Below are positions 22,968 through 33,918 of a stretch of 44,738 nucleotides of DNA, in pieces. The notes beneath the pieces were generated by a model that was not told the origin of the DNA, did no database searches, and was given only the letters and a program-made list of their open reading frames with translations. Positions within the stretch are counted from its first letter, which is position 1; the number at the start of each line of letters is the position of its first letter. Where the stretch lies: the NCBI RefSeq assembly GCF_001194135.2, contig NC_069004.1, forward strand, positions 7,807,898 to 7,852,635, written 5' to 3'. The stretch comes from Octopus bimaculoides (lineage: Eukaryota). The translations under genes and the position numbers were made by a program.

Positions 22968-23118
22968 AATAATAATAATGATGATTTCAAATTTTAGCTC
23001 AAGCCCAGCAAGTTCGTGAGAAAGGCAAATTGACCTCGGCGGAATTTGATCTCAGAACATAAGGTCGGATCAAATGTCGCCACGCATTTTCCCGTGTACG
23101 CTAATGATTCTGCCCACT
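22968..23118 (-). mobile_element. SINE family B copy, internally deleted, tandem to the previous copy
   Basis: aaaggcaaattgacctcggcggaatttgatctcagaac...gctaatgattctgcc, with an (AAT)n tail complement at about 22968-22980. Confidence 0.75.
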
Positions 23119-24084
23119 AATGCTTTAAACCAAAACGTTTAACGTAATCACGTTTAAACATTTACGTCAATTTCCTATTGTTGTTGTTCTGAAGAAAACC
23201 GGTAAAATTACAAATACATCCGGTGTAAATTGCAGCCCTGAATATGACTAGATAATATAAATGGGAGACCATAATCTTGTAAATGAGGTAAATCATACTT
23301 TAGGAATTCAATTACGAATAAACGTGCATTAAATTTTGTAAAACTGAATAAATGTGCATAATTGTGTTCTCCAACGATGGAAGGATAAATGAATTTTTGA
23401 AGAGGCTTCAAGGTAGAAAAAGTAATATTTGATATATATATATATATATATATATATGCATATATACGTGTATAATATAATTTACACATACATATATACA
23501 TAGATATACATGCATATATATATATATTTTAGATATGCATGTATGTATTTATGTATGTATATAAACTCTATTGAATCTGTTTCTATTCAATACTCGAAGA
23601 TGGAAGAGGAAAAGTGATATTAAAAGTTTATGCTTGTAATTGAACAAAGGGCGTAATCTAAAGAAATGTAAAACGAATTAAGAAGGAATATGTCGATATG
23701 ATTTTAGTAAATGCATTGGGGGAAGGTGTAGGTAGAAGTGTACAAGAGATATCACTGAACTACGAAAGAAGCATTCAAATTTTCATGTAAGGAATTTTTC
23801 AAAAATTTGTAGCAAGCTAAGGAACACGATAAGTAATGTAATTTTCAACGAACAATAAGCAATTTAATAGTAAAATACTGATATAAAACTAAGATGTTAA
23901 AAACATAGATTCTAAATATAGAAAAAAATATGAATCAAATTAAAAAACTCAAAACATAAACAAATATTTAGAAAAATATATTTAAGGAAATTGTAAGTTT
24001 AGAGTTAAGAAGATGCATCAATTATGAGAAGTTTTAGAGTCAAGGTGAAATTGAAAGTGGAAGAAAGAAAATAAGGAAATAAAC

Positions 24085-24306
24085 ACGGATAACAATAATA
24101 ATAATAATAATAACAACAACATCAATAATAATAATAATCCTTTCTACTGGAAGCACAAGGCCTCAAACTGGTATTTATTTAATCGACCCTGAAAGGATGA
24201 CAGGCAAAGTCGACCCCGGTGGAATTTGAACTCAGTACGTAGCGGGTGAAGAAATACCGCTAAACATTTCGCCTGGCGGCTAACGATTCTGCCAGCTAGT
24301 CGCCTT
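24085..24306 (-). mobile_element. SINE family B, near full length, with (TTA)n tail
   Basis: Reverse complement: ggcgactagctggcagaatcgttagc (A-box region), gagttcaaattcc (B box), gtcgactttgcctgtcatcctttcagggtcgattaaataaatacc, gtagaaaggattattatt. Confidence 0.9.
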
Positions 24307-24309
24307 TAT

Positions 24310-24362
24310 GATAATAATAATAATAATGATAATAATAATAATAATAATAAGAAGAAGAAGAA

Positions 24363-24393
<31 letters not shown>

Positions 24394-24448
24394 AAGAAGA
24401 AGAAGAAGAAGAAGAAGAAGAAGAAGAAGAAGAAGAAGAAGAAGAAGA
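24310..24448. repeat. (ATA)n(GAA)n compound trinucleotide microsatellite
   Basis: Direct reading; it explains the poly-I/poly-R and poly-S/poly-Y ORFs. Confidence 0.95.
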
Positions 24449-24556
24449 ATGGGCAAAGATTATAGAGGAGAAACTCGTGTCAAAAGGAAGGGTTAACGTA
24501 AACATGTTAGTAATATTCCAAACTAGGAAGTAATAATATTAACAACAGCAGCAACC

Positions 24557-24830
24557 TGCAGTCCGCCGATCAACGGGTGATTAACGTGCAAGCAGCTGAG
24601 CGCTCTACAGACACGCGTACACTTAAGGTAATTTTCAGGGAGATTCATTGTGACAGAGAATGTGTCAAGCCTGGCCCCTTTGAAGTACAGATATTATTCA
24701 GTTTTGCCAGCTGACTGGACTGCAGTAGCGTAAAATAAAGTGTCTTGCTCAAGGACACAACACTCAGCAGGGAATCGAACTCGCTACCTTACAATCGTGG
24801 GCCATATACCTGAACCACTAAGCCAGGCGC
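24557..24830 (-). mobile_element. SINE family C, full length, tRNA head plus V-domain-like core
   Basis: Reverse strand: A box TGGCTTAGTGGTTCA (24811-24825), B box GAGTTCGATTCCC (24770-24782), core GTGTCCTTGAGCAAGACACT (24739-24758). Confidence 0.85.
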
Positions 24831-25177
24831 TGTGAGGTATATATATAAAAAGATCGTTTTGAAGATTACAGTATTTATCTAGGTTGGAAGCGTGGATAGG
24901 AATATAAAGAATTAATAAGTGAGAATATGAAAACAATGGAAATTGGAGAGGCGAAAATTAAACTGGGATTTAGAATAAAGCATACGCTTTAAATTCTATA
25001 CATAGGTTTAATAGTGAGATGTTTAAGATAGGAATTTAATTAACACGAAACATACTCGAAATAACCTTTTATGCAAGTTATGAAAGAAAAGCAGGGAAAA
25101 TAATAAGGTGAAAGATAAGTTCTGAATAAATATGATCTTGCAGTAAATGGATGCTATCCGTAGATAAAAGCGGATGC

Positions 25178-25211
<34 letters not shown>

Positions 25212-25339
25212 AAATTTCTTTGTGTATTGTATTGGCAGTAGTTTGAAGTGCTCAGAGAAAAGCCTAAGACGCAAAATATGAAAACGTCGCTATAGGGCCA
25301 ATTTGAATACTTTTACTAATGTAAAATATAAATTTTCTA

Positions 25340-25406
25340 CAACCCTGTAAACACACCAGCACCGGTTGTCAAGCGATAGCAGGGGAACAAACAAAGAGAC
25401 ATATAG

Positions 25407-25438
<32 letters not shown>

Positions 25439-25535
25439 GCTATAGTAGAAGACACTTGCTCAGGGTGCCATGCAGTGGGACTGACCCAGAACCATGTTGT
25501 TGGGAAGCAAGCTTCATACTATACAGCCACGCCTG
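25340..25535 (-). mobile_element. SINE family A copy, internally deleted
   Basis: Reverse complement: ggcgtggctgtatagtatgaagcttgcttcccaacaacatggttctgggtcagtcccactgcatggcaccctgagcaagtgtcttctactatagcctc, (TG)n, gcttgacaaccggtgctggtgtgtttaca. Confidence 0.85.
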
Positions 25536-26399
25536 ATAATGTTGTTAAAGTTTATTGCTATTTGCTATTTGGAGTAGCAACAGTTAAATTAAATGAAGGG
25601 TTATACGAAGTTAAATTTCTTATACGAAGTAAAGTTTCTTTTTGTACAGGAAACACCATTTCTATCGGAAACCTCATTTGATATAATCCTCCATTTAACT
25701 TACATTTGCTGCAACAGAAACTTGTTTTAAACAGCGGATAATATAAACGAAGGAAGCAGAAAGATTAACAGAGAGAGAAAGAGTGTGTGTGTGGGGGGGA
25801 AGAATACTAAGAAATCAAGCGGTAGTTACAGAGTGAAATATAAAGATTTAAAGAGAAAAATAAATAGTTTAAAGCGGCGTAATGTTGATTTAGAAATAGT
25901 AAGAAAATATAGAGATAATTTTTTATGCATCAGAGAATTGATAAATTTGATAACGTAAGATTAGAAATTGATTTTGAAATGTTATGTTGGTGTGGAGAAG
26001 TGGTTAAAGGAAATGATGTCATGCAGCTCAATAACAAATCTTAAAAACTTAATTTATGTTATAATAATAGAACACGTGAAAATGTCACATAATTCGTTGT
26101 CTGTGATAATACTCTGTCTTTTTGAGGTAGCGTATTAACGCTAGTAATACATTCAACAAGTTATAAAACAATGTAGTTTATGGATCAGTACACTGCGAAA
26201 TTTCCTCTACTCTCATGAGTAATAGCATTATTTAGATATGACTTCAAAGTTTAATCTCAACAATTCACTTTACATAGTCCATTGGTTATATGTCACCTTT
26301 CCAGAAAGAGAGAGGAGGAGAGGGTGAAAGAGGGGAGGAGAGAGAAAAGCAAATCTAATTGTCTTGTTTTCTCTAGTAATTGGTGCAATGATAAATCAA

Positions 26400-26520
26400 C
26401 ACTTGAGGCGCAGCCTCGGCTGTGTGGAGTAGAAGATGCTTCTCTAAAAAGTGTTTTCCAGTTCAATTCCATTTTGTTAGGTATTGCCCGAGGGTATTTT
26501 ACTTTAATTTCGGATCGACG
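26400..26520 (+). mobile_element. Very degenerate SINE family A head
   Basis: gaggcgcagcctcggctgtgtggagtagaagatgcttc...ccagttcaattcc resembles the 5' end of 32120-32567. Confidence 0.4.
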
Positions 26521-26684
26521 AATGAAATGTTGACGAAATTCTTTCTAGTTTCTAATTGTTTTGGGGGCATTAGGCGTAACCTGCCACTCGGGTGCATACG
26601 GCAGGGAATGCGGTTAGTAGATCCTGGACAGCTGCAATGATTCCCAACAGATGATTGGTCTGCGAGATCTTGCACCAGTAATGC

Positions 26685-26730
26685 AAACAGCAACAACGGT
26701 GAGAGTAGCAGTAGTAGCAGTAACAAAAAC

Positions 26731-26766
<36 letters not shown>

Positions 26767-26880
26767 GGTGGTGGTGTTGGTGGTGGTAGTAGTTACCGTA
26801 CTAGCAGCAGCGGCAGCAGTTGTAGTAATTATAGTAGTAGTAGTAGTAGTATGAGGAGGAGGAGGAGGAGGAGGTGGTGG
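26685..26880. repeat. Compound trinucleotide tract (GTA/GTG/GCA/GGA)n
   Basis: Direct reading; it explains the poly-V, poly-T, poly-P and poly-L ORFs. Confidence 0.9.
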
Positions 26881-27959
26881 AAGAGTCGGGGGACAACGTA
26901 TCGCATTCACAGCCCTAAATATGCATCCGTTAGCTGATAGAGCACCGCCAACTCCCTCCACAAGCTGTCACGTCCTGTATATGATGTGTCTCTTGAGGTG
27001 GGCCGAGAAAGTGTGACTATGTCAAGCTTCCAAGTCTCAATAGGCATCAATAAGAATTAGCGAAAGCATTGTATTTTGTTGCAAACTCATACTCGCTCGT
27101 GGATGACAGCTGACTCTATTGGTTGCCTTAACTCTTCTGGCTGTTTTAGCTGCAATAGACTCTAAATCAGTACCAACAGAACGGAACTATGATTAAATTC
27201 CTTCTCTCAATGACCATCCTATTTTCCTATCTGTCATTACGTGCATTGATCTACTGTATATAATGTGTCTTTCCATTTACAAGACTGTAAGGTGTATTTC
27301 GAAACATATTTAGCTATTATTTATAGCAAGTCATGCGACCAAGTAAAGCCTTCCATGCTGGCACACGTAATAAATCGTGATGTAAGTCATTCTAGCAAAG
27401 AACAAATTGAGTGAGCTGTAAATGTAAACGCAAGAACACAAGCGGATTTAAATACGTATCAGCTTGCAATATCTTAGAGACTTCTGAAATAAAATGTCGT
27501 GTAGTTGTTGAGCGAATTCATTAAGAAGAATTATGTGCGTTACTTGGATCGCTTCCAGTGTTTTCATACACCTTTATTTCCCTCCGGAATCTTGTACGCT
27601 ACATGTCACAAGAATAAATAACAATTATATACTGAACATCATTACAATACTCAACCACGTTTATGGTCTTCTGCCAAAAACTGAGAAATCGATATTTTGA
27701 TTTATATATTTATTATTTATTTGTTTGTTTGATTTTTTTTAATGATATTAGATATCCACTTATTTCTATATGAATAATTTGGGCTCTTCGATTCGCAGGA
27801 ATTTAATCCAAATACTGCATTAGGCCTCATACTGTCGTTACATGTGTTACAGAAATAGAATGAAAATTATTATAATTTACTCTTATCTGTAAATATTGTG
27901 AAATACGGCGTTGTTTAATGGGCTTGAAATTAGATGCGAATGTATGGAGGTGTTGTGAA

Positions 27960-28110
27960 GGCGTATGGCCTAGTTGTCTGGCGTTAGACTAACGATATCA
28001 GGAACGAGGTTTCGATAACCGAACTGGGTGGTACGCTGTTTTCTTGAGCAAAACATTTAAATTCACGTTGCTCCAGTTTAACCCTGCGACGGACTGGCGT
28101 ACCGTACCGC
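27960..28110 (+). mobile_element. SINE family C-related copy with a different 3' module
   Basis: A-box-like tggcctagttg, B-box-like ggtttcgataacc, core gttttcttgagcaaaacattt, then ttgctccag and accctgcgacggactggcgt. Confidence 0.7.
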
Positions 28111-28230
28111 TCGGTGTGACTGTTGTACTTTCGGTCACTTAAACGACATGGAAAGTGGGTAACCGACCCTATGAGTAGCCAATGGTATGTATATAGACAC
28201 CATACACAAATACAAGTATATCAAATATAT

Positions 28231-28620
28231 CAATGTAACACCATGCTGACCAGACCATCGGGTGACACTTATATTGATGGTCACAATGGTCATTCTTGAT
28301 TCCGCCATTCTTTTCCATCTTATGTCAAATCGTTTAAATATATCGTCGTCCCATTCATGTGGGCGACTTCCGAGGGGACTTTTTCAATTTCTTGAATACT
28401 ACTACATGGGTCCACATGTTGTCTGTGAAACTTGCCACATGTCCCTGCGGATCATGTCGTTCACACTAATCCAATCTCAAATTATTTCATTTCGGATAAG
28501 GTCTCACAATGATATACATACGATGGATTTTTGCATGGCATTTTGCATCGCAGCCAATCGTTGTCCTTCCCTTTTCTTCGCAATAGCCTACATCTCACTT
28601 ATAAGAACTACAGTGCTGTA
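28231..28620 (-). mobile_element. RTE-clade LINE 3' fragment (post-RT C-terminal region), inactive
   Basis: One frame reads YSTVVLISEM*AIAKKREGQRLAAMQNAMQKSIVCISL*DLIRNEII*DWISVNDMIRR...YSRN*KSPLGSRPHEWDDDIFKRFDIRWKRMAESR. This matches the RTE pattern YGSETWALTKKEE.RL...QRAMER.MLGISLRD.IRNE.IR...WYPR..KRP.GRP..RW.DDI; six in-frame stops. Confidence 0.85.
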
Positions 28621-28694
28621 TCAATCGCACGCACACACACACACACACATAATTCGTGAGAATTAGACGTTCACTAAGCTTTACGTATAATTTT

Positions 28695-28850
28695 TTTTCT
28701 GCTAGACGCACAATGCATGAAATTTGCGGGGAGGGATTAAGTCGATTTCATCGACACCAGTGAGTTTCTGATACTTATTTAATCGACCCGGAAAGGATGA
28801 AAAGCAAAGTGGAATTCGGCGAGCTAACGGTTCAGCCAGTTCGCCGCCTT
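28695..28850 (-). mobile_element. SINE family B copy with an internal deletion removing most of the head interior
   Basis: gattaagtcgatttcatcgacaccagt...acttatttaatcgacccggaaaggatgaaaagcaaagt joined directly to gctaacggttcagccagttcgcc. Confidence 0.8.
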
Positions 28851-30297
28851 CAGATTTACCCCATGATAAAAAATATTTAGTGATTACATCAGGCTTTCTT
28901 TGAAGTGATATAATTTAAGAACGTTGTCTTGAACAGTTCATATATCTGTGTTTTTCTATATATATGTATATGTGTGTGTGTATGTGTGTGTGTGCGTGCG
29001 TGCCTGTGTGTGCGATTGTGTATGTGTATGTTTGCATCCACGTACTATATGCATACACAAAAATGTGTGTGTATATATATGTGTGTGTAGATATATATAT
29101 GCATATATGTGTATATATATATGTTTATATATATATTACGTGGATGCACACACACACATATATATGAGAGAGAGAGATATACATAGATAGATATGAACGA
29201 AATATATTTGTGCCATACAAATAGATACATAGATGCACAACTATATTATAACAGCAATCTCTATGTATGCCTGTGGGTTTGAATCGGTGCGCGTGAATAA
29301 TATACGTAAAATATAAAATAAAAGCAATAGTGTCAAACTATGATGTCGCTATATACGCCACTTTCAATGTTCACCGTTTTATCTGTTTATCAAGGCGGAA
29401 ATTAGACCTTTAGTCTAACGTAAAGTGTACATAAGTAGAAGCCTTTGTTGACAATAAAATGTCGCTTATCTAACTGATTTGTCTTTCAACAATTACACTT
29501 TTGTCTTCTTCTCTTACTAAGATTCTAAATATATTGTAATGTCCCTATATTTTCATACATACACGCTCATACTCCTATACATGCAAATACAGAAGACTAT
29601 ACATACACACGCACAGATAAAATTATGCTTATATATATATATATATATATATATATNNNNNNNNNNNNNNNNNNNNNNNNNNNNNNNNNNNNNNNNNNNN
29701 NNNNNNNNNNNNNNNNNNNNNNNNNNNNNNNNNNNNNNNNNNNNNNNNNNNNNNNNNNNNNNNNNNNNNNNNNNNNNNNNNNNNNNNNNNNNNNNNNNNN
29801 NNNNNNNNNNNNNNNNNNNNNNNNNNNNNNNNNNNNNNNNNNNNNNNNNNNNNNNNNNNNNNNNNNNNNNNNNNNNNNNNNNNNNNNNNNNNNNNNNNNN
29901 NNNNNNNNNNNNNNNNNNNNNNNNNNNNNNNNNNNNNNNNNNNNNNNNNNNNNNNNNNNNNNNNNNNNNNNNNNNNNNNNNNNNNNNNNNNNNNNNNNNN
30001 NNNNNNNNNNNNNNNNNNNNNNNNNNNNNNNNNNNNNNNNNNNNNNNNNNNNNNNNNNNNNNNNNNNNNNNNNNNNNNNNNNNNNNNNNNNNNNNNNNNN
30101 NNNNNNNNNNNNNNNNNNNNNNNNNNNNNNNNNNNNNNNNNNNTTAAAAACCTTATAATATAAATATAAACTGTGAGAACGACCCTTAAGGAATCTAGTT
30201 AATGATCTCCTAAGGTAAGTTCTTATGCTATATTGGTAACGGTTGCTACATCCTCTGGGAAAATTATTTTATATATATATATATATATATATCCATA

Positions 30298-30432
30298 AGT
30301 GGAAAAGCGCAGGCTCGAAACGTTAAAGACTTTTTTCCAGTTCCTGAGCGTTACACTAATACATCTGTTTGTTTTCTACACCACCTGTCTTCGTCTGTTG
30401 CTTTGTTTTGTTTTTTTTTGTGAATTCTCCCT
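30298..30432 (+). mobile_element. Short repeat resembling a Penelope pseudo-LTR fragment, with the 3' half of a minimal hammerhead motif
   Basis: AGC-GCAG-GCT-C GAAAC GTT AAAGAC at 30306-30330; colinear with 44030-44160. Confidence 0.55.
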
Positions 30433-30941
30433 ATATATATATATTGAGAATTCACAAAGCGCTGTCTTTAAATAGTTGGGAAAATAAATTTCTACATCTT
30501 CATAGGACATTCGAATTAGCGCACGCAGCTTCATCAGAGTAAAAGACAAGAGCATCTAATATAAACAAAGGGGAGAAGGAATTAGAACGAAAACATGTTT
30601 TGGAAACGAAGTCTAGAAGCCCAATATATTACAAGCATATAATCTAATTTCCTTGGGGCTACGAGGTTCGTAGGTAAGAGTGAGCTTGTAATGGTCTAGG
30701 GAAACCTACAATTTATTTACGGGTAGTTTCATTGAAGGGTAGCGGGCCAGATCTTTTTAAATTTAAGGAAAGTTGTAATAAAAAAATATATAAGGTAACT
30801 TACTAAGATGATTATCAAAGAGCAATACCTATGCTTACGAGTAAATGTATCCAAAAGATTACCATGGGTTGCTTAAGAAAGTTTGCTCACAGAAATATTA
30901 CCGAGAATGCCACCTCTTCTCCACAATGGGGCAACGGTCTC

Positions 30942-30976
30942 TACAATTGGTCCTTTACAATTGGTCCTTTACAATT
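30942..30976. repeat. 14-bp tandem repeat, 2.5 units
   Basis: TACAATTGGTCCTT twice plus TACAATT. Confidence 0.85.
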
Positions 30977-31796
30977 TGAACCGAGGTCAGAAGTTAAAAC
31001 CGTTACAATGGATATGTTAGTAAAAAATAAACAAGAAAGGATAGAGGGTCCGGAGGGCGGGAATACAATGATATAAGTGGTGTGGGTCCCCTTGTGTCCT
31101 TCAGCAGCTTAACGTTATAACATGCGTGAGGGAACTGTCAAAGGATAACTATCACCCGAGGTTTACACTTATAATTATATGTGTGTGTGTGTACATAAAC
31201 ATGTATATATATATATCATTACATATTATCTTTGATATTATATTCTATAATATATATTTTTAAATATCATTTTTAGGAATACGGAGTGTCAATTACTAGT
31301 ATTTATCTAAGGTGTATAATGATATCAACCGAACAGAATACGGTACAAATATGAGGAGATTTTTCGATGACCTACATTTAAATCATTCAGGAGTGAGATA
31401 TTCAATGTAGGATGCAGAATTATAATACGATGTGTAAATAACCATTATAGGAATATATTATTGTAATGATATAATTTAAATTCAATTCAGTAGAATAATG
31501 ATTTTTATTTTAATTACATATCTGTTGGCATTAATGTTTTCTGCAGGTAATATGGTAAGAATATTATATGTGATAATTAAGATAACGCAATTTTAGATAT
31601 GAGCCATATTAGAAAATTAGAGTTTCTTGTGTACATGTAATGTGAAAAAATGCGACTTAGGTGCTAATGTAATTATAAAATTATAATTTAGATGTAAGTT
31701 ATCTATGTATTGAATTAATAACGAGATAATTTATAATTCATATTATATATTAATGGCAAAAATCTAATCACATAAAATTTATGCGGTATTTATAAT

Positions 31797-31800
31797 ATGT

Positions 31801-31859
<59 letters not shown>

Positions 31860-31864
31860 TGTGA
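31797..31864. repeat. (TG)n microsatellite
   Basis: Direct reading. Confidence 0.95.
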
Positions 31865-32119
31865 ATGTATGCATGTGCTTATAAGATTTAGTAGAGATAA
31901 TGTAATAACGTACAAGGTGAGAAGCTGCTGTTGATCTTCGTTTGGGATTTTATTGCAGATGAAAAAGTGAAATGAAACATTACTGTTAAGATAAATAAAA
32001 CTATCCATATTCCATTTAGTTATTAGGTACGACCATTAACGAATAAATGTGAATATTATACTCGTAAATTCTTGTTTCTATGACACAAAAACACACACAC
32101 ACACATGTGTACATACATA

Positions 32120-32333
32120 GGCGCGGGAGTGGCTATAGCCGCAGGAGTGGCTGTGTGGTAAGGAGCTTGCTTACCAACTACATGGCTCCCGGTTCAGTCT
32201 CACTGCGTAGCACCTTGAGCAAGTTTCTTCTACTATAGCTTCGAGCGGACCAAAGCCCTGTGAGTGAAAGATGTCGGTCGTATATATGTGTGTGTGTGTG
32301 TGAGAGTGTGACTGTGTATGTGAGCGTGACTGT

Positions 32334-32365
<32 letters not shown>

Positions 32366-32566
32366 TTATCCCCCACCATCGCTTGACAACCGATGTTGGT
32401 GTGTTTACGTCCCCATTACTTAACTGTTCGGTAAAAGAGTCCGATAGAATAAGTACTAGGGTTACAATAAATAAGTCCTGGGATCGATTTGTTTGACTAA
32501 AGGCGGTGCTGTAGCATGGTCGAAGTAGCCAAATGACTGAAAGGAATAAATGAATAACAGGAAAAA

Positions 32567-32567
<1 letters not shown>
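32120..32567 (+). mobile_element. SINE family A, full length (tRNA head, CORE-like centre, internal (TG)n, 3' module, A-rich tail)
   Basis: A-box-like TGGCTGTGTGG, B-box-like ggttcagtctc, core-like gcaccttgagcaagtttcttc (compare CORE-SINE gaccttgggcaagtcactt), (TG)n 32289-32365, and a tail colinear with 16085-16282. Confidence 0.92.
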
Positions 32568-32609
<42 letters not shown>

Positions 32610-33811
32610 ATACGGCTACAATAAGAAAAAGTGCCTCTATAGGAATATNNNNNNNNNNNNNNNNNNNNNNNNNNNNNNNNNNNNNNNNNNNNNNNNNNNN
32701 NNNNNNNNNNNNNNNNNNNNNNNNNNNNNNNNNNNNNNNNNNNNNNNNNNNNNNNNNNNNNNNNNNNNNNNNNNNNNNNNNNNNNNNNNNNNNNNNNNNN
32801 NNNNNNNNNNNNNNNNNNNNNNNNNNNNNNNNNNNNNNNNNNNNNNNNNNNNNNNNNNNNNNNNNNNNNNNNNNNNNNNNNNNNNNNNNNNNNNNNNNNN
32901 NNNNNNNNNNNNNNNNNNNNNNNNNNNNNNNNNNNNNNNNNNNNNNNNNNNNNNNNNNNNNNNNNNNNNNNNNNNNNNNNNNNNNNNNNNNNNNNNNNNN
33001 NNNNNNNNNNNNNNNNNNNNNNNNNNNNNNNNNNNNNNNNNNNNNNNNNNNNNNNNNNNNNNNNNNNNNNNNNNNNNNNNNNNNNNNNNNNNNNNNNNNN
33101 NNNNNNNNNNNNNNNNNNNNNNNNNNNNNNNNNNNNNNNNNNNNNNNNNNNNNNNNNNNNNNNNNNNNNNNNNNNNNNNNNNNNNNNNNNNNNNNNNNNN
33201 NNNNNNNNNNNNNNNNNNNNNNNNNNNNNNNNNNNNNNNNNNNNNNNNNNNNNNNNNNNNNNNNNNNNNNNNNNNNNNNNNNNNNNNNNNNNNNNNAAAC
33301 GATTTTATAACTTTAAATTAGCTACTCGTATCCAACATTAAGCCCTAATGCCAAATAAACTTCATTAAATATTAATCTAAATGCATAGTCATGAATACCG
33401 GTATCGGGTTATTTTTGTCTTTTTAACGAAATTTTAGTGCTATGTGACATTTTCTGTGGTAGTATGCTTAACTGCATCAGCGAAATTAAAGGAACAAATG
33501 AAACTAATTTGATTGATAATGTTCCTTGACATTTAAGGGATGTTTACAATCGTTGCTACCGGAAAAGAATTTTATTGAGTGCTACCCCTAACATTCCTAC
33601 TCTTGTTTTACCGGCTACAGTAATCAAATAACACACATTCTAAAAGTAGTTTTCACTCTTCCACTTTCTAAGCATACTAATTTCTTGCAGTTCGTATTCG
33701 ATACACTTAAGTAGTTAATAGCTATGCTTTGTCCTCCTTAATTAGGAATGTAATTAATATATTTGCTGGTTCTAACTCCATTAACAACTAAATTACACTG
33801 GTAATATTTAC

Positions 33812-33918
33812 AGTTCTTTGCTTTGTCAATAATCACATTTTTCAGAAAAAACTTTATTTCTCTTTCTTCAACAATGGGAAACTCTTCCACACCTTGGTCT
33901 GGAAAAACCTGCAACAGC
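33812..33918 (-). CDS. Candidate coding exon, unidentified protein (LLQVFPDQGVEEFPIVEEKEIKFFLKNVIIDKAKN)
   Basis: Pyrimidine-rich acceptor ttcttagttttcAG, possible donor T|GTAAAT, protein-like composition, in-frame stop upstream of the acceptor. No homologue recognised. Confidence 0.35.

Noticed and set aside
24770-24830. tRNA-like A and B boxes
   Set aside because: No cloverleaf or acceptor stem; it is the head of a SINE, not a tRNA gene. The same applies to the other SINE heads.
25602-25631. TATACGAAGTTA, 12/13 of a loxP arm, repeated 19 bp later
   Set aside because: The repeats are direct rather than inverted and there is no 8-bp spacer architecture; a chance short duplication, not vector contamination.
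26651-26698. 48-nt plus-strand exon-like segment (cccaacAG ... ACG|GTGAGA)
   Set aside because: Short, merges into the trinucleotide tract, two frames open, and no supporting neighbours.
26499-26726. ORF starting with a perfect-looking signal peptide (LLLLLLLSPLLLFALL)
   Set aside because: The leucines come from the (CTA/CTG)n repeat; no ATG.
30500-30548. Minus-strand CTGATGA-AGC..GCT-AATTC-GAAT-GTC, a possible inverted hammerhead near the 30298 repeat
   Set aside because: GAAT instead of GAAA, five extra bases after stem II, and no convincing stem I or III.
30560-31150. GC-richer block that might be a Penelope RT remnant
   Set aside because: No RT motif could be read in the frames I translated; left unannotated.
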